Below, piece by piece: positions 1 to 13,205 of a stretch of DNA of 64,000 nucleotides (position 1 is its first letter; each line of letters opens with the position of its first letter). Made by a program: the position numbers and the translations under genes. Origin of the DNA: Macrostomum hystrix (taxonomy: Eukaryota > Animalia > Platyhelminthes); contig CATNEN010000001.1 in NCBI GenBank assembly GCA_950097015.1, positions 20,150,001 to 20,214,000 on the forward strand, in the 5' to 3' direction. Under the pieces are notes generated by a model that searched no databases, had not been told where the DNA came from, and saw only the letters and a program-made list of their open reading frames with translations.

Positions 1-3000
1 GAGAACGTAGACAGCCGAGATGGGCATCACGAAGGTGCCAACAATGAGATCAGCTGAGGCCAGGGACACGATAAACATGTTGCACACCTGGTCGGATTTG
101 AAAATTGGAGGCCAGTTGAATTGACAGTGACAAGGGCTGTACTGTACCACCAAATGCTTGTCTAACACTCAGGGTCGTTCCTTTTGACCGGTTTTAGCAA
201 GCAAATTCAACGGTGTTGAGTTTCATGAGGCATACTTAGATACTTGACCTGATCGCGCCATTAAGCATCCCCTGTGATTTGGAAGGCCACAGGCGCACAG
301 GTTGTCATCACGACGCTGCTTATAAACACCAAGGCCCGCTGAAAACCTCCACTGCAAAAGTGCAATAATGGCACGCAGATGCTCAGCGTGACCAAGAGTT
401 GATCTGGTGGGGGAGCTGCTGAGCTGAAGTACCTGCTACAGACCTCACACACACACCTCGCGTGCTAGAACAAAGTAGGCGCAGGTATGCATGACCAATG
501 AGGCTACTCCCCAAATTCTTCGGCGCAATAGAGGTAGGGAACGGGAGGAGACGGCAGGGAAGCGGGGGCGCTTGTCAATCAATCGAGGATCGGAGAGGAT
601 GCACAAACAGTTGCAAGAAGGAATGAGGAAAGTAGCCAGAGAGAGCCTGATACAGACACCGGATAAGAGACCAAGGACGAGGGTGCTTTGATGTCGGCCC
701 AGACGCTCAGCCGCCTGCGCTTCTTGGCCCCACTAAGGAGGCGTCCGCTCCCGCCAACGACCGCCCCCCCCGACTCCGCGATGAATGCCCGCAAGGAATG
801 GGAAAATTCAGTTAAGCGCCTCTGCAGGTTCTCCCAACTTCCCTCACACACAGTTCGGCCTCTCCAACTCACATGAAATGAATGCAAGCAGTGCAAAGAG
901 AAACCCTGATCCATCTTAGCCCGTCCCTCAAGGTCTAGTGGAGCACGCATCGATGAATCGCCCTTCCAATCAGCCCCACTCCCCTCAAACACACGGAGAA
1001 CCTGCCCACAAACTCGTGGGGCCTAAACTGTTCATTATTTGTTTTACTACTTGGCTCGAGGCAAAAAAATTCCATCGGGTCTACAAATAGTTGATTTCAG
1101 TCTAACTTATTGAATTATATACAGTCCACATGTGCAGGTAGACGGTATTACACATCTTCTAATTAGCTCGCCGTATGTTGCAGGAGGACAATACAATAGC
1201 AGCGTCCATCAAGCCAATTTTAACACCCAAAATATGATGAGGTCGCAAGCCGTATTGCCTGTGTCCTCTTCTCACAACCTGCTTCTTCACTTTCTAGGCC
1301 AAATATAGAGGTCTACTGGCTAATTTGAATTTTTAGATTCCTCCTTTTGTGATAGACTTTAGTCAGTCAGCCAGCCAGTCAGTCAGAAGCCCCAGCTACC
1401 GAATGGGACAGTCGAGCAGCGGCATAAAGACAGAATAAGAAATCTGGTGCTATTGGACAGGAAAATCAATTAATCGGCCAGAGATGAATAATTAATGAGT
1501 GCCCGTGCGCCTTTGGCTGCTCAACTCGGAGCTGAGCAGGCAATGCTAAAGGCGGTCTTTTTCGGCCTCCAAAGCAATGAAACTTCAAAGTGGGGGCTGT
1601 TTCCGCCCCTAGGGGGGAGGCAGAGTTGGCGCAGACCGACCCCGAAGGGTTCGCTAACAGAGATGTCGAGCATTGAGCAGAGAGCTGCACGCGGACACGG
1701 AGAGACAGACTGAGACATACGTCTGCCTCTGAATTTATAAGAGGCCGCGGACAAGGACTCCTGACGGAGCGGGCATTCGCGAGGACTTCGTTCTCTCGGC
1801 GCCAAATTGTCAGGAAATCCCGTCAAAAATGCCAGGCTGACAAACGCTAACAAAACTAGCGAGGCCAAGCGCCAGAGACCGCACAGCTAACCCAAAGCCC
1901 CGCGCATGTATTTTAGTATCCGGGCAAGCTTGCTAAGATAAATATTAGAGCTAAGGAATAGTTCTCACTGCCAAGCCTTGAGTCCTCGCCCAAGATATCC
2001 AGCGGGGACGTAAGGACGTGCTCACACTGGAACAAGGGCGTTAAGAGTTAACTTGGGAAAATTTACCCCGCACACACAGGACAAGAGTGCTTGAGTGCAA
2101 TTCGAGTATTAAATTGCAACACCGGTAGTTTAGCTCGTAAACTTTCTGATCATTTAGGTCAATGACAATCAATTACAAATAGTAGTGAATCACTAGGCAG
2201 CAGTACGACTTGCTCTAATATGAGTTTGCGATTTCGTTGCTGGTGCCAGTATTTTGCTGGTATTTTGCTGGTATTTTGCTGGTATGTTGCTGGTATTTTG
2301 CTGGTATTTTGCTGGTATGTTGCTGGTATGTTGCTGGTATTTTGCTGGTATGTTGCTGGTATTTTGCTGGTATGTTGCTGGTATTTTGCTGGTATGTTGC
2401 TGGTATTTTGTGGACAGGGCGGCCCCCGTGTGTGCGTGTGCTTTGTGTGTGGGGTGGTGTACATCTGCACACGCTCACACAGGTGTGTACATCTGCCCTG
2501 ACTTTCTCATCGTCTGGCATTGTACACTATCACTGTGCCCTGGAGATTGGTCCTCGAGGGCGTAAATTGTATGACAAGCCCCCAAACCTTCTCTCCGTGG
2601 CTGCGCCCCGGACAAAATGTACAGTAGTTGTAACCTGTTCGACAGTAGTTGCAACCTGTTCGACAGTAGTTGTAACCTGTTCGACAGTAGTTGTAACCTG
2701 TTCGACAGTAGTTGTAACCTGTTCGACAGTAGTTGTAACCTGTTCGACAGTAGTTGTAACCTGTTCGACAGTAGTTGTAACCTGTTCGACAGTAGTTGTA
2801 ACCTGTTCGACAGTAGTTGTAACCTGTTCGACAGTAGTTGTAACCTGTTCGACAGTAGTTGTAACCATTAAGACAGTAGTTGTAACCTGTTCGACAGTAG
2901 TTGTAACCTGTTCGACAGTAGTTGTAACCTGTTCGACAGTAGTTGCAACCTGTTCGACAGTAGTTGTAACCTGTTCGACAGTAGTTGTAACCTGTTCGAC

Positions 3001-4491
3001 AGTAGTTGTAACCTGTTCGACAGTAGTGTAACCTGTTCGCCTGTAGTGTATCTAGCAATACAGTAACAGTCTTTCAGGTACACAGGCATAGACGCTGATG
3101 TGGCATAAACATTTCTTCCCAGCCAGTTACAGAGAACATTATCGTTTTACAAAATCAGGCTCCCAATGTTGCACATCTAAGTCTGGATGATTATGTGCCA
3201 AAAAAAGTTCGCGTATTTCCTAAACACCTGCAGTCTGTTTTATAGCACCTTGTCAGCGCGCGATCGAACGGATAGTCGATCTGAGCAGGCCTCAGCATCA
3301 AACCAAGATTGATTTATAAAGACCAAGCAGCAACAGACACCTGACCCTCTAATTAACGGTTCGGTTCCGTTCGAACTTCGCAGAAGCTGTCAATGCCAAA
3401 CACACTGCACTGTTGGGCTTGCTGGTAACAAGAGCTTAGATACGGGCGTCCGCTGCAAGACTTACAACTGGCAATCGATGAAACTTAACTGGCCCACAAG
3501 AGCGGCCTCTATAAGCGATGAACACAATGTGCAGAACAGTCGAACATCATCCTAGAAATGTGAGGTTCAGCCACTGCCACAACATATCTGAGTGGACTTC
3601 GAAGGATAGAATCGATTTCTTGAGGATATGGACGTCTGTCAAAACTGATGACGACAAGCCTAACATCTGCAGAGGTGTGAGAGCGCTGTCGAATGTTGTG
3701 AAAATGTGTCTTTTTCAACAATATTTTGTTTTCCACGAGCCATTAACCTAGAATTTCTTGGACCAACATTGTGTCGTTTGAAACAGACATCCTGTCTTTT
3801 GAAACAGACATCCTGTCTTTTGAAACAGACATCCTGTCTTTTGAAACAGACATCCTGTCTTTTGAAACAGACATCCTGTCTTTTGAAACAGACATCCTGT
3901 CTTTTGAAACAGACATCCTGTCTTTTGAAACAGACATCCTGTCTTTTGAAACAGACATCCTGTCTTTTGAAACAGACATCCTGTCTTTTGAAACAGACAT
4001 CCTGTCTTTTGAAACAGACATCCTGTCTTTTGAAACAGACATCCTGTCTTTTGAAACAGACAGTCTTTTGAGATGAATGGACATCCTGTCTTCTTAGATA
4101 AACATTTTGTCTTTGAGATGTCTCTCTTCATGTCTCTCAAACGATCCCCCTGTCTCTCAGGTGGACACCCCGTCTCTCAGGTGGACACCCCGTCTCTCAG
4201 GTGGACAACACGACTGGACAATGGACCCTCTCATTCGTGAGTGGATCATTTCACAGGTAATTTCTCCAATCCACTCGCACTCACCGTCTGCAGTCTTTTG
4301 TCAGTTCTGACGGCGTGAAGAACCAGCGCGTTGCCAACCGCCGTGAACAAACTAAACCCAGTCAGGAGCAGGCCGAGAAACACCTTTTTGATTATGTCAA
4401 TTTGGGCCATTGTATTGCCGGTTGAATTAATCAGATTGCCAATCGAATCGTTGCTGAAATTCTGGCGAACCTGTGCAGTTGACATTGACAT
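1..4491 (-). CDS. Rhodopsin-class aminergic GPCR, histamine H1-receptor-like, 5' part. Exon 1 is 4491-4285; exon 2 is 87-<1 and continues beyond the left edge.
   Basis: Exon 1 encodes an N-glycosylated N-terminus and TM1 (TAVGNALVLHAVRTDKRLQT), ending at a phase-0 GTGAGT donor (4284). A CAG acceptor at 90-88 resumes in frame with VCNMFIVSLASADLIVGTFVMPISAVYVL, which is TM2 with the SLAxAD..VMP aminergic signature. Confidence 0.88.
180..1750 (-). mobile_element. Possible highly decayed L1/Tx1-like non-LTR retrotransposon fragments in the GPCR intron
   Basis: GC-richer blocks give frameshifted peptides loosely resembling the endonuclease (FLILSLYA-like), linker (SWENLQRRLTEF) and RT-start (VYKQ..D..L..PIT..LN) motifs in the expected order. 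There is no intact ORF. Confidence 0.3.
2248..2410. repeat. 11-bp minisatellite (TGCTGGTATTT/TGCTGGTATGT)
   Basis: Direct tandem repeats visible in sequence. Confidence 0.95.
2430..2617 (-). mobile_element. Partial copy (body only) of the tRNA-derived SINE, sandwiched between two minisatellites
   Basis: Clear similarity to 41440-41600 (tgccctgactttctcat...ctctccgyggctgcgcccc). Confidence 0.85.
2620..3045. repeat. 21-bp minisatellite (ACAGTAGTTGTAACCTGTTCG), ~20 copies
   Basis: Near-perfect tandem array. Confidence 0.97.
3778..4075. repeat. 21-bp minisatellite (TTGAAACAGACATCCTGTCTT), ~14 copies
   Basis: Perfect tandem array. Confidence 0.97.
4146..4208. repeat. 20-bp unit x3 (GTCTCTCAGGTGGACACCCC)
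   Basis: Short tandem array near the GPCR exon-1 donor. Confidence 0.9.
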
Positions 4492-5539
4492 TGTTCCGTG
4501 TTTGTTGATCCAGTCTGGCAGACGGATAATTTAGTCTTGAGTAACTTGGCGGCAGTGTTCTGTGAATCTTTGTGAAGTCTTGCCTTTTCAATGGTTTCCC
4601 CACCAAGCTATGAGGTATCAGTTGGAGACGCGCGATTGGCTATCAGGCAGGCGTCAGGGATTGGTTGCTCATTTACTTAGGGGATAATTTCCCACTACAG
4701 TACTTGCAGCTCATTTGTAAGATTACAACTATAGCGGCTTGAGGCTTCATTGATAGTGACACTGACGACCAGTGTAACGACTGTACATCTGACCCAACTA
4801 AGCCAGCTGATTTTCCATGATTCTATTCAAAATGAGTTTCACATGTATTAGTCCGGATGACTGGTCCAACTATGATACCTTTTGGTACACTAAGAATAGC
4901 CTTGGAGAGCTGTGTACAGGTGAGCAGAGGGACAGGCAGTATGAAAAGGACTCTAGAAATATAATAATACAAACAAAAAATGAAACTTCTATTAATTAAC
5001 AGGCTCAGCATTGACAGTAACCAATTTCAGGTAGAAAATGCATCACATATTTATTAACGCATTCAAATTGTCAATCTTTCACCTGTAAGACCTGCTGATG
5101 AAGATTGTATCAAGGCGTATGCATAAATACTAAGCACTTTTAGGACTTCTTACATCAACGTTTCTCATCGTGAAGTGTACTTGGCAAAAACTGTTACTGA
5201 GGAGCATTTTCCAGCAACAACTGCCAGACACTCGTAAAAATATGCCAATGCTTTAATTGTGCTCAACTAGAAAATCACTGGCTTAGAAATACTTTGCAAA
5301 GCTTTACAAAATCTGAGTTGAATGGCATGCTTGCATAGGATTCAAGCATTCTCGTTGTCTATTGCTTTGTTTGTCTTGAAATATTATTGCAAGTAAAATA
5401 GACAAGTGGAACAGGTAGACAAATTATTGACGGTGACTGACTAAACGATAGCGAAGGACAAAGGGCGACAGTGAGATAGGATGACGTCTGAGTGACAGGT
5501 TGATAGTGGGTGAAAATTATAATAAATTCCTGATTCCGA

Positions 5540-7255
5540 TACAGAGTGACAAGAATGCAGAGTGACAAGACTAAAGGTTGATAAGGCTACAAAGCGACAA
5601 GACTACAGAGTGGCAAGAATGCAGAGTGACAAGACTACAGAGTGACAAGACTACAGAGTGACAAGACTACAGAGTGACAAGGCTACAGAGTGGCAAGACT
5701 ACAGAGTGACAAGAATGCAGAGTGAAAAGACTACAAAGCAACAAGACTACAGAGTGACAAGACTACAGAGTGACAAGACTACAGAGTGACAAGACTACAG
5801 AGTGGCAAGACTAAAGGTTGTTAAGGCTACAGAGTGACTAGGCTACTGAGTAGCAAGACTACAGAGTGACAAGACTACAAGGTGGCAAGAATGCAGAGTG
5901 AAAAGACTACAAAGCGACAAGACTACAGAGTGACAAGACTACAGAGTGACAAAACTACAGAGTAGCAAGAATGCAGAGTGACAAGACTAAAGGTTGATAA
6001 GGCTACAAAGCGACAAGACTACAGAGTGGCAAGACTACAGAGTGACAAGACTACAGAGTGACAAGACTACAGAGTGACAAGACTACAGAGTGACAAGACT
6101 ACAGAGTGACAAGACTACAGAGTGACAAGACTACAGAGTGACAAGACTACAGAGTAGCAAGAATGCAGAGTGACAAGACTAAAGGTTGATAAGGCTACAA
6201 AGCGACAAGACTACAGAGTGGCAAGACTACAGAGTGACAAGACTACAGAGTGACAAGACTACAGAGTAGCAAGAATGCAGAGTGACAAGACTAAAGGTTG
6301 ATAAGGCTACAAAGCGACAAGACTACAGAGTGGCAAGACTACAGAGTGACAAGACTACAGAGTGACAAGACTACAGAGTGACAAGACTACAGAGTGACAA
6401 GACTACAGAGTGACAAGACTACAGAGTGACAAGACTACAGAGTGACAAGGCTACAGAGTGGCAAGACTACAGAGTGGCAAGAATGCAGAGTGACAAGACT
6501 ACAGAGTGACAAGACTAAAGGTTGATAAGGCTACAAAGCGACAAGACTACAGAGTGGCAAGACTACAGAGTGACAAGACTACAGAGTGACAAGACTACAG
6601 AGTGACAAGACTACAGAGTGACAAGACTACAGAGTGACAAGACTACAGAGTGACAAGGCTACAGAGTGGCAAGACTACAGAGTGGCAAGAATGCAGAGTG
6701 ACAAGACTACAGAGTGACAAGACTACAGTGACAAGACTACAGTGACAAGACTACAGAGTGGCAAGACTGCAGAGTGAAAAGACTACAGAGTGACAAGACT
6801 ACAGAGTGACAAGGCTACAGAGTGACGAGGTTACAGAGTGACAAAACTAAAGATTGAAAAGTCTACAGAGTGACAAGGCTACAGAGTGACATGACTACAG
6901 AGTGACAAGAGTAAGAATGACAAGCTGGACAGACTGGTAAGGCAACAGAGTGACAAGGCTAGAGAATGACAAAGCTAGAGAGTGATGAGGCTAAAGAGTG
7001 ACTAGACTACCGAGCGACAGAGCTAAAGACTGACAAAAATACAGGGTGACAAGCTGGACAGGGTGACAAGCTGGACAGAGTGACAAGCTGGACAGAGTGA
7101 CAAGCTGGACAGAGTGACAAGCTGGACAGAGTGACAAGCTGGACAGAGTGACAAGCTGGACAGAGTGACAAGCTGGACAGAGTGACAAGCTGGACAGAGT
7201 GACAAGCTGGACAGAGTGACAAGCTGGACAGAGTGACAAGCTGGACAGAGTGACG
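5540..7255 (+). repeat. Compound minisatellite: a 16-bp GAGTGACAAGACTACA array with variant blocks, then a 17-bp GAGTGACAAGCTGGACA array (7045-7255)
   Basis: Tandem arrays sharing the GAGTGACAAG core. Confidence 0.97.
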
Positions 7256-7847
7256 AGTCGCGCAACGGAAATCGGACTGCCATTGGAGGTATGGAGGCAG
7301 TTTTATAGCTGGTTTTTACATTGCCCAGAGTATAAAAATGTGAGAGTGGAATCCGCAACGTGGAAAGGTGACAGATATGAGCCGTTTTCTGGCTTCGGAA
7401 CTGGGAAGAGATAAAGCATAAAAACAGAGGGACGGAACTAACAGGGGTATTGTGAGTCGTATGAGCAGATCTGGCACTTAAGTGCTCACCCAGCCAGGCA
7501 TAAATGTTTGCCGATGTGGTGTAAGCGGCGTCAATTCTATCTGGCTATAATTAAACCACCTGTGGCAAATGCATTATCATGCGACTCAAACAGAATGAAG
7601 TAGAAAAAAATTTAAATCGACTACAATTGAGCAAAATTGCAGCAAAAACGATTTTGATGCAAGGAAATATATCGCATCTAAAATACAGAAATGACTATTG
7701 TATATGAGTCTGTTAGGCCAGATGTACACACATGTGTTCAGTCCATGGACAGGGGTCGTCACATGCATCCAAATTCCAATCTAAGCCAAATCTGGTGTCC
7801 CCGGGTGAAGTTGGACTCTCGCACAAGAGTTCTGAGATCGAATCCGC

Positions 7848-8633
7848 GTGACAAGACTACAGAGTGACAAGACTACAGAGTGACAAGACTACAGAGTGAC
7901 GAGACTACAGAGTGACGAGACTACAGAGTGACAAGAGAAAGTGAAAAGGCTACAGAGTGACAAGAGACAACAAAGGGACAAGACTACAGAGTGGCAAGGC
8001 TACAGAGTGACGAGACTACAGAGTGACAAGACTACAGAGTGACAAGAGAAAGTGAAAAGGCTACAGAGTGACAAGACAACAAAGGGACAAGACTACAGAG
8101 TGGCAAGGCTACAGAGTGACGAGACTACAGAGTGACAAGACTACAGAGTGACAAGAGAAAGTGAAAAGGCTACAGAGTGACAAGACAACAAAGGGACAAG
8201 ACTACAGAGTGACAAGACTACAGAGTGACGAGACTACAGAGTGGCAAGACTACAGAGTGGCAAGACTACAGAGTGGCAAGGCTACAGAGTGGCAAGGCTA
8301 CAGAGTGACAAGACAACAAAGGGACAAGACTACAGAGTGACAAGACTACAGAGTGACGAGACTACAGAGTGACAAGACTACAGAGTGACGAGACTACAGA
8401 GTGACAAGAGAAAGTGAAAAGGCTACAGAGTGACAAGACTACAGAGTGACGAGACTACAGAGTGACAAGAGAAAGTGAAAAGGCTACAGAGTGACAAGAC
8501 AACAAAGGGACAAGACTACAGAGTGACGAGACTACAGAGTGACAAGACTACAGAGTGACGAGACTACAGAGTGGCAAGACTACAGAGTGACGAGACTACA
8601 GAGTGACAAGACTACAGAGTGAAAAGCTGGACA
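7848..8633 (+). repeat. 16-bp GAGTGACAAGACTACA-family minisatellite with variant blocks
   Basis: Same core as 5540-6990. Confidence 0.95.
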
Positions 8634-9315
8634 GCAGGACAATCGAGGCCCCTTTTTGGGCGCAGCCGCGGAGAGAGCAGAGCGAAGTCAGCATAAAATA
8701 CATCTAGATGTGAGTGTATTGTCGAGTGGAATATTTAACTACACATCAATAGATTCGCAAAACAAATAACGGCATAATATTTAGGTTCAGTTTATTTGTC
8801 AGAAAGAACATTTACAGCCAAAAGAATTTCACAGCCGCTCTGCCAGACCTCTTGACTCTGACGCTGTGGACGTGTTTTAAAAAACCGGGTGTCAATCCAA
8901 CCAGAGTGCTGACATCTACCCTAGCAACCCTTGTCATCCCTCCTCCACGCCACTTCCCAAGCCGTCAAGCCCCTCCCCCTACCAAAAGTGTATAATCTTG
9001 ATCCTAGCTGATGGCGAAAGTAGGGAGAACCGTTTTTTTCAAGAGAACATGTAGATTCTATGCGATGATTAGAAGGGATATATTTCCTCTGGCCTGGAAA
9101 CAATTACCACCCAATAGACAACCTGAAAACAGCAGAATGGAAAGACATATAGTCTTCCTCTTTAGCTCATTGCTGATCTTTTACTGCAGATGCATCTGGG
9201 AATCATGCAGCTACGATAGCAGTAATACTAACATTAGCATTTGCCTTTTTTATTAGTAATATTTTTAGACGGGGGTGAGTTGCAGAGAGGTCTTACGTAG
9301 TCTAACGCGTTTAAC

Positions 9316-9592
9316 GCCACATTCATTTTCGGGGCGCAGCCGCGGAGAGAAGGCTTAGGAGCTTGTCGTACAATTTACGCCCTCGAGGACCAACCTCCAG
9401 GGCACAGTGATAGTGTACAATGCTGACGATGAGATGTACACACTTGTGTGAGCGTGTGCCTGCGTATGCAGTATCTGTGCGTGTGTGCTCAGGAGTCAGC
9501 GAAATGGGCAGAATTGCCACCTCGCTGGCTGCCGGTCCAGTGTCACCAAATGATGTGCCATTGCCCGCCGCCCTCCTGCAATAATTATTATT
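9316..9592 (+). mobile_element. 5'-truncated tRNA-derived SINE copy with (ATT)n tail
   Basis: Matches the reverse complement of 41314-41610 and lacks the tRNA head. Confidence 0.9.
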
Positions 9593-9614
9593 GCTATATT
9601 TTCAAACTGGTTGC

Positions 9615-9865
9615 TAAGGACCGGCCTGCCCAAGTCGGACGTCGTCCACCTGCTGAGAAGAGTCGGCGGCACCCGGAGAGACGGCTGTCCGCAACCGGCT
9701 ACGCTGACGATCTCGCGCTGCTGTCATCGGTGTCTTCACGGTGCCCTACGACCTGCCGGCCGAGAACACATACCGAGGCGACGCCGGCGATCCAATCCTG
9801 CCGATCCGCTGCCAGAGCTTCGTGTGCCTCGGAGGCCTCGTGCCGGATGTCGCCGACGACCTGGT
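9615..9865 (+). mobile_element. LINE (RTE-like) reverse transcriptase fragment
   Basis: RRHPERRLSATGYADDLALLS contains the YADD catalytic motif. It is followed in another frame by CQSFVCLGG, a degenerate FxYLG motif. Confidence 0.8.
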
Positions 9866-9867
9866 GG

Positions 9868-10280
9868 TCCAGCTTGTCACTCTATCCAGCTTGTCACTCT
9901 GTCCAGCTTGTCACTCTGTCCAGCTTGTCACTCTGTCCAGCTTGTCACTCTGTCCAGCTTGTCACTCTGTCCAGCTTGTCACTCTGTCCAGCTTGTCACT
10001 CTGTCCAGCTTGTCACTCTGTCCAGCTTGTCACTCTGTCCAGCTTGTCACTCTGTCCAGCTTGTCACTCTGTCCAGCTTTTCACTCTATGGTATTTTCAC
10101 TCTTTAGTCTTGTCACTCGACCTGTAGTCTTGTCACTCGACCTGTAGTCTTGTCACTCGACCTGTAGTCTTGTCACTCGACCTGTAGTCTTGTCACTCGA
10201 CCTATAGTCTTGTCACTCGACCTGTAGTCTTGTCACTCGACCTGTAGTCTTGTCACTCGACCTGTAGTCTTGTTACTCGA
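9868..10280 (-). repeat. Inverted copy of the compound minisatellite: 17-bp TCCAGCTTGTCACTCTG, then 20-bp GTCTTGTCACTCGACCTGTA
   Basis: Exact reverse complement of the 7045-7255 unit, followed by a variant of the reverse-complemented 16-mer. Confidence 0.95.
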
Positions 10281-10964
10281 CAAAGAGGTACAGATGTGTG
10301 TGTACATCTGCCCACGACTTTCTCATCGTCAGGCAGTGTGCAATCTGACAGCGCCTTGGGTGTGCATTGTCCCAAGTATAGTTACTGAATGTGTAGTAGT
10401 CGCTACTGTGGGTGATTTATAACTATACGAGCAAAGAAAACGAGCATTGTCGATATTGCTTGATATGTAATCGAATTCCTGCTGTTGATGTTGTGCACTT
10501 TTATAGCCCAATTACCCAATGTAAGAAGACTGCATGAGAGTGTCTGGAGTGACTGTACTAAATAAATACATAAAAAGCTAGTCCACGATTTTCTACTATA
10601 AAATCTACATTAAATTGGAAATACGAGAGTTGCTAAGGATATGCGAACGAAATTTCCAATAAATTGTAAGATGAGGATAGTGTGTGGGTGGGAAATTTAA
10701 GATAAGAGCCTAGCTGATAGATATATTGTGAACTCATATTTTGCTCACACAACTCCTTATCAATTATTGGTGCCCCCTGCTAATGTTGTGATTCGATTCA
10801 GCACAGCTGTGGCATTGGTCTCATCATTATTTGATTTCCTTTTGCTCCAAGGGACACAAATTTTCTGTCCCAATGTCAGCTAGCATTTTGGCGATCTGAT
10901 CAAAGGGTTTCACATTGCGATAATTTGATTTTAATATTAATACTCGGCAGAATCGACTAATGCT

Positions 10965-11600
10965 TTCTCTTAACATCTACTCACATTAAGATAAACATCT
11001 CAACCTTATTATCTACCCACGTCTAGTAGATAAGCTTCTCAATCAACTAATCTACTCACATCTAGATAAGCATCTCAAACTTATTATCTACCCACATCTA
11101 GTACATAAGCTTCTCAATCATATAATCTACTCACATCTAGATAAGCATCTCAAACTTATTATCTACCCACGTCTAGTACATAAGCTTCTCAATCAACTAA
11201 TCTACTCACATCTAGATAAGCATCTCATTCTTATTATCTACCCACATCTAGTAGATAAGCTTCTCAATCAAATAATCTACTCACATCTAGATAAGCATCT
11301 CATTCTTATTATCTACCCACGTCTCGTACATAAGCTTCTCAATCAAATAATCTACTCACATCTAGATAAGCATCTCGTTCTTATTATCTACCCACATCTA
11401 GTAGATAAGCTTCTCAATCTTATAATCTACTCACATCTAGTAGATAAGCATCTCAATATTATATTCTACCCACATCTAGATAAGCATCTCAATCTTATAA
11501 TCTACCTACATCTAGATAAGCATCTCAATCTTATAATCTACCCACATCTAGATAAGCTTCTCAATCATATAATCTATTTGCATCTATATGAGCTTCTCAT
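10965..11600. repeat. ~35-40-bp minisatellite with alternating dimer (ATCTACYCACATCTAG(TA)GATAAGCWTCTCAA)
   Basis: Imperfect tandem array. Confidence 0.92.
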
Positions 11601-13205
11601 ACCTGTATTCGCGTTAGCTTAATTAAAACTCATGTCTAAAACATAAACGCGAATAGGTTTCTGTAATCAGTTTTGGTAAACACGTGAAAATGACATGTCT
11701 TTTAAGGGTTAATTAGCAAAATATATAATCTAACCTTCAATTTATGATTGTACTGGCAGACAGAAACAACACGTGACAATTAGTATATATAAGAAGATAC
11801 TTGCTCCTGTTCATCGTACATGCTTTTTGACTTCAAAGCCTTTGAATCTTGACACAAATTATCCATAATTATTCTATAAACAATGCGAGCACATTTTAAA
11901 CAATGCACTACACTTATAGACATAAGTGTCCCCAACTAAATTCGTAAAAAAGTCGAAAAATTCACAATTGACTTCAAACAAAACACACTGAAAACACAGC
12001 TTACATTTGAGTAAGTGTATTGTAATTCAAGAAAATTAGTTTTATTTAATTCTTTTTAAAGAAATTTGTTGACCTATAGTTTGTCCTGTGAAGTGGCAGC
12101 CTTCCAAAGTTTATGTTTTTTGGCTCAATATAAACTAGCAGCGCTTTTGTTGAAAGGAGTAAAACAAATTATATATATTAACAAAAATATGAAAAAGCAC
12201 AGAAATATGTTAAGCAAGCAGTAAATTCATCGGAAAAAAAACAGAAAATATTAAGACAAGGACTGTGGCACAAGTCAGGGCCAATAGGGGTAGAGATGCG
12301 ACTGTTTAATTTCGACTGTATTGGAGCTAAAGAAACATTTGCGTCCATCATGGAGGGCAGGGAAGTGTGACGATGCTAAAAGTACACTGGCAAAAGTACA
12401 TTTCTGATTAAGGCGTAGAAGGGAGCTGGAGAAAGCACTGGTTGATAACTAAAAACAAAAGAAATAATAATTATATATAGAACTGAGAGGTCCAGAAAAT
12501 CAGTTTAAAGCACTGGACACTCGCTTGTGACAAAAGAGAGAAAATTATTGGTTAAAACAGAACGAAAATTGCACCATTTCTAATTTCACCTATTTGTTTA
12601 TTCGCTTACGATATGTCAACGCAAATCTTAACATTCAATACTCAATGTTGCTGCAATCTACCTTTTAATTTGTTGCTAGCAATGCAAAGCTTTGGCATAA
12701 AGGTCTGCGTCCTGAGCAGCAAAATCGGCACAAAATGAAAGCAGGGCAATGGGTGAAAAACTAAAAATCAGGTTTTGGTTCGGATAGGAAGAGCTCGGTT
12801 GATGGGAAGAATAGCGAAATAAAATTGCCAGTCAGAGGACAGCGGGTTTAGTCGCCGTCGAAATTGCACATGTGGCAGTGAGTTATGCAATGTAGTATTG
12901 GCTTTAATAGTCAGTTTTAGCACAGGTGAATCAAATAAGCTTAATAACACAATATCAATTTACAAGCGAGACATTTCAACAAAAAAACTCATTTTCCACG
13001 GATAATTTTCCAACTGTCCTACTTAGAGTAGAGGAGTTCAAGAAAAAGCCGATTCGACAATCCAACATCGCGAATAACACCAAATGTCAGTTGCAGACTA
13101 CTAATAACTTACCTGCTACGTGAGTAGACACGAGAGTACATTTTCCAATGAATTTTTTAGAAAAATAATTCGAGATATTTGTGAAAAATGCACACAACAA
13201 GCTCG

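Noticed and set aside
2159-4140. Multiple overlapping repetitive ORFs (TCSTVVV, LKQTSCL, KIPATYQQ)
   Set aside because: They are translations of stop-free minisatellites, open in several frames and strands, inside the GPCR intron.
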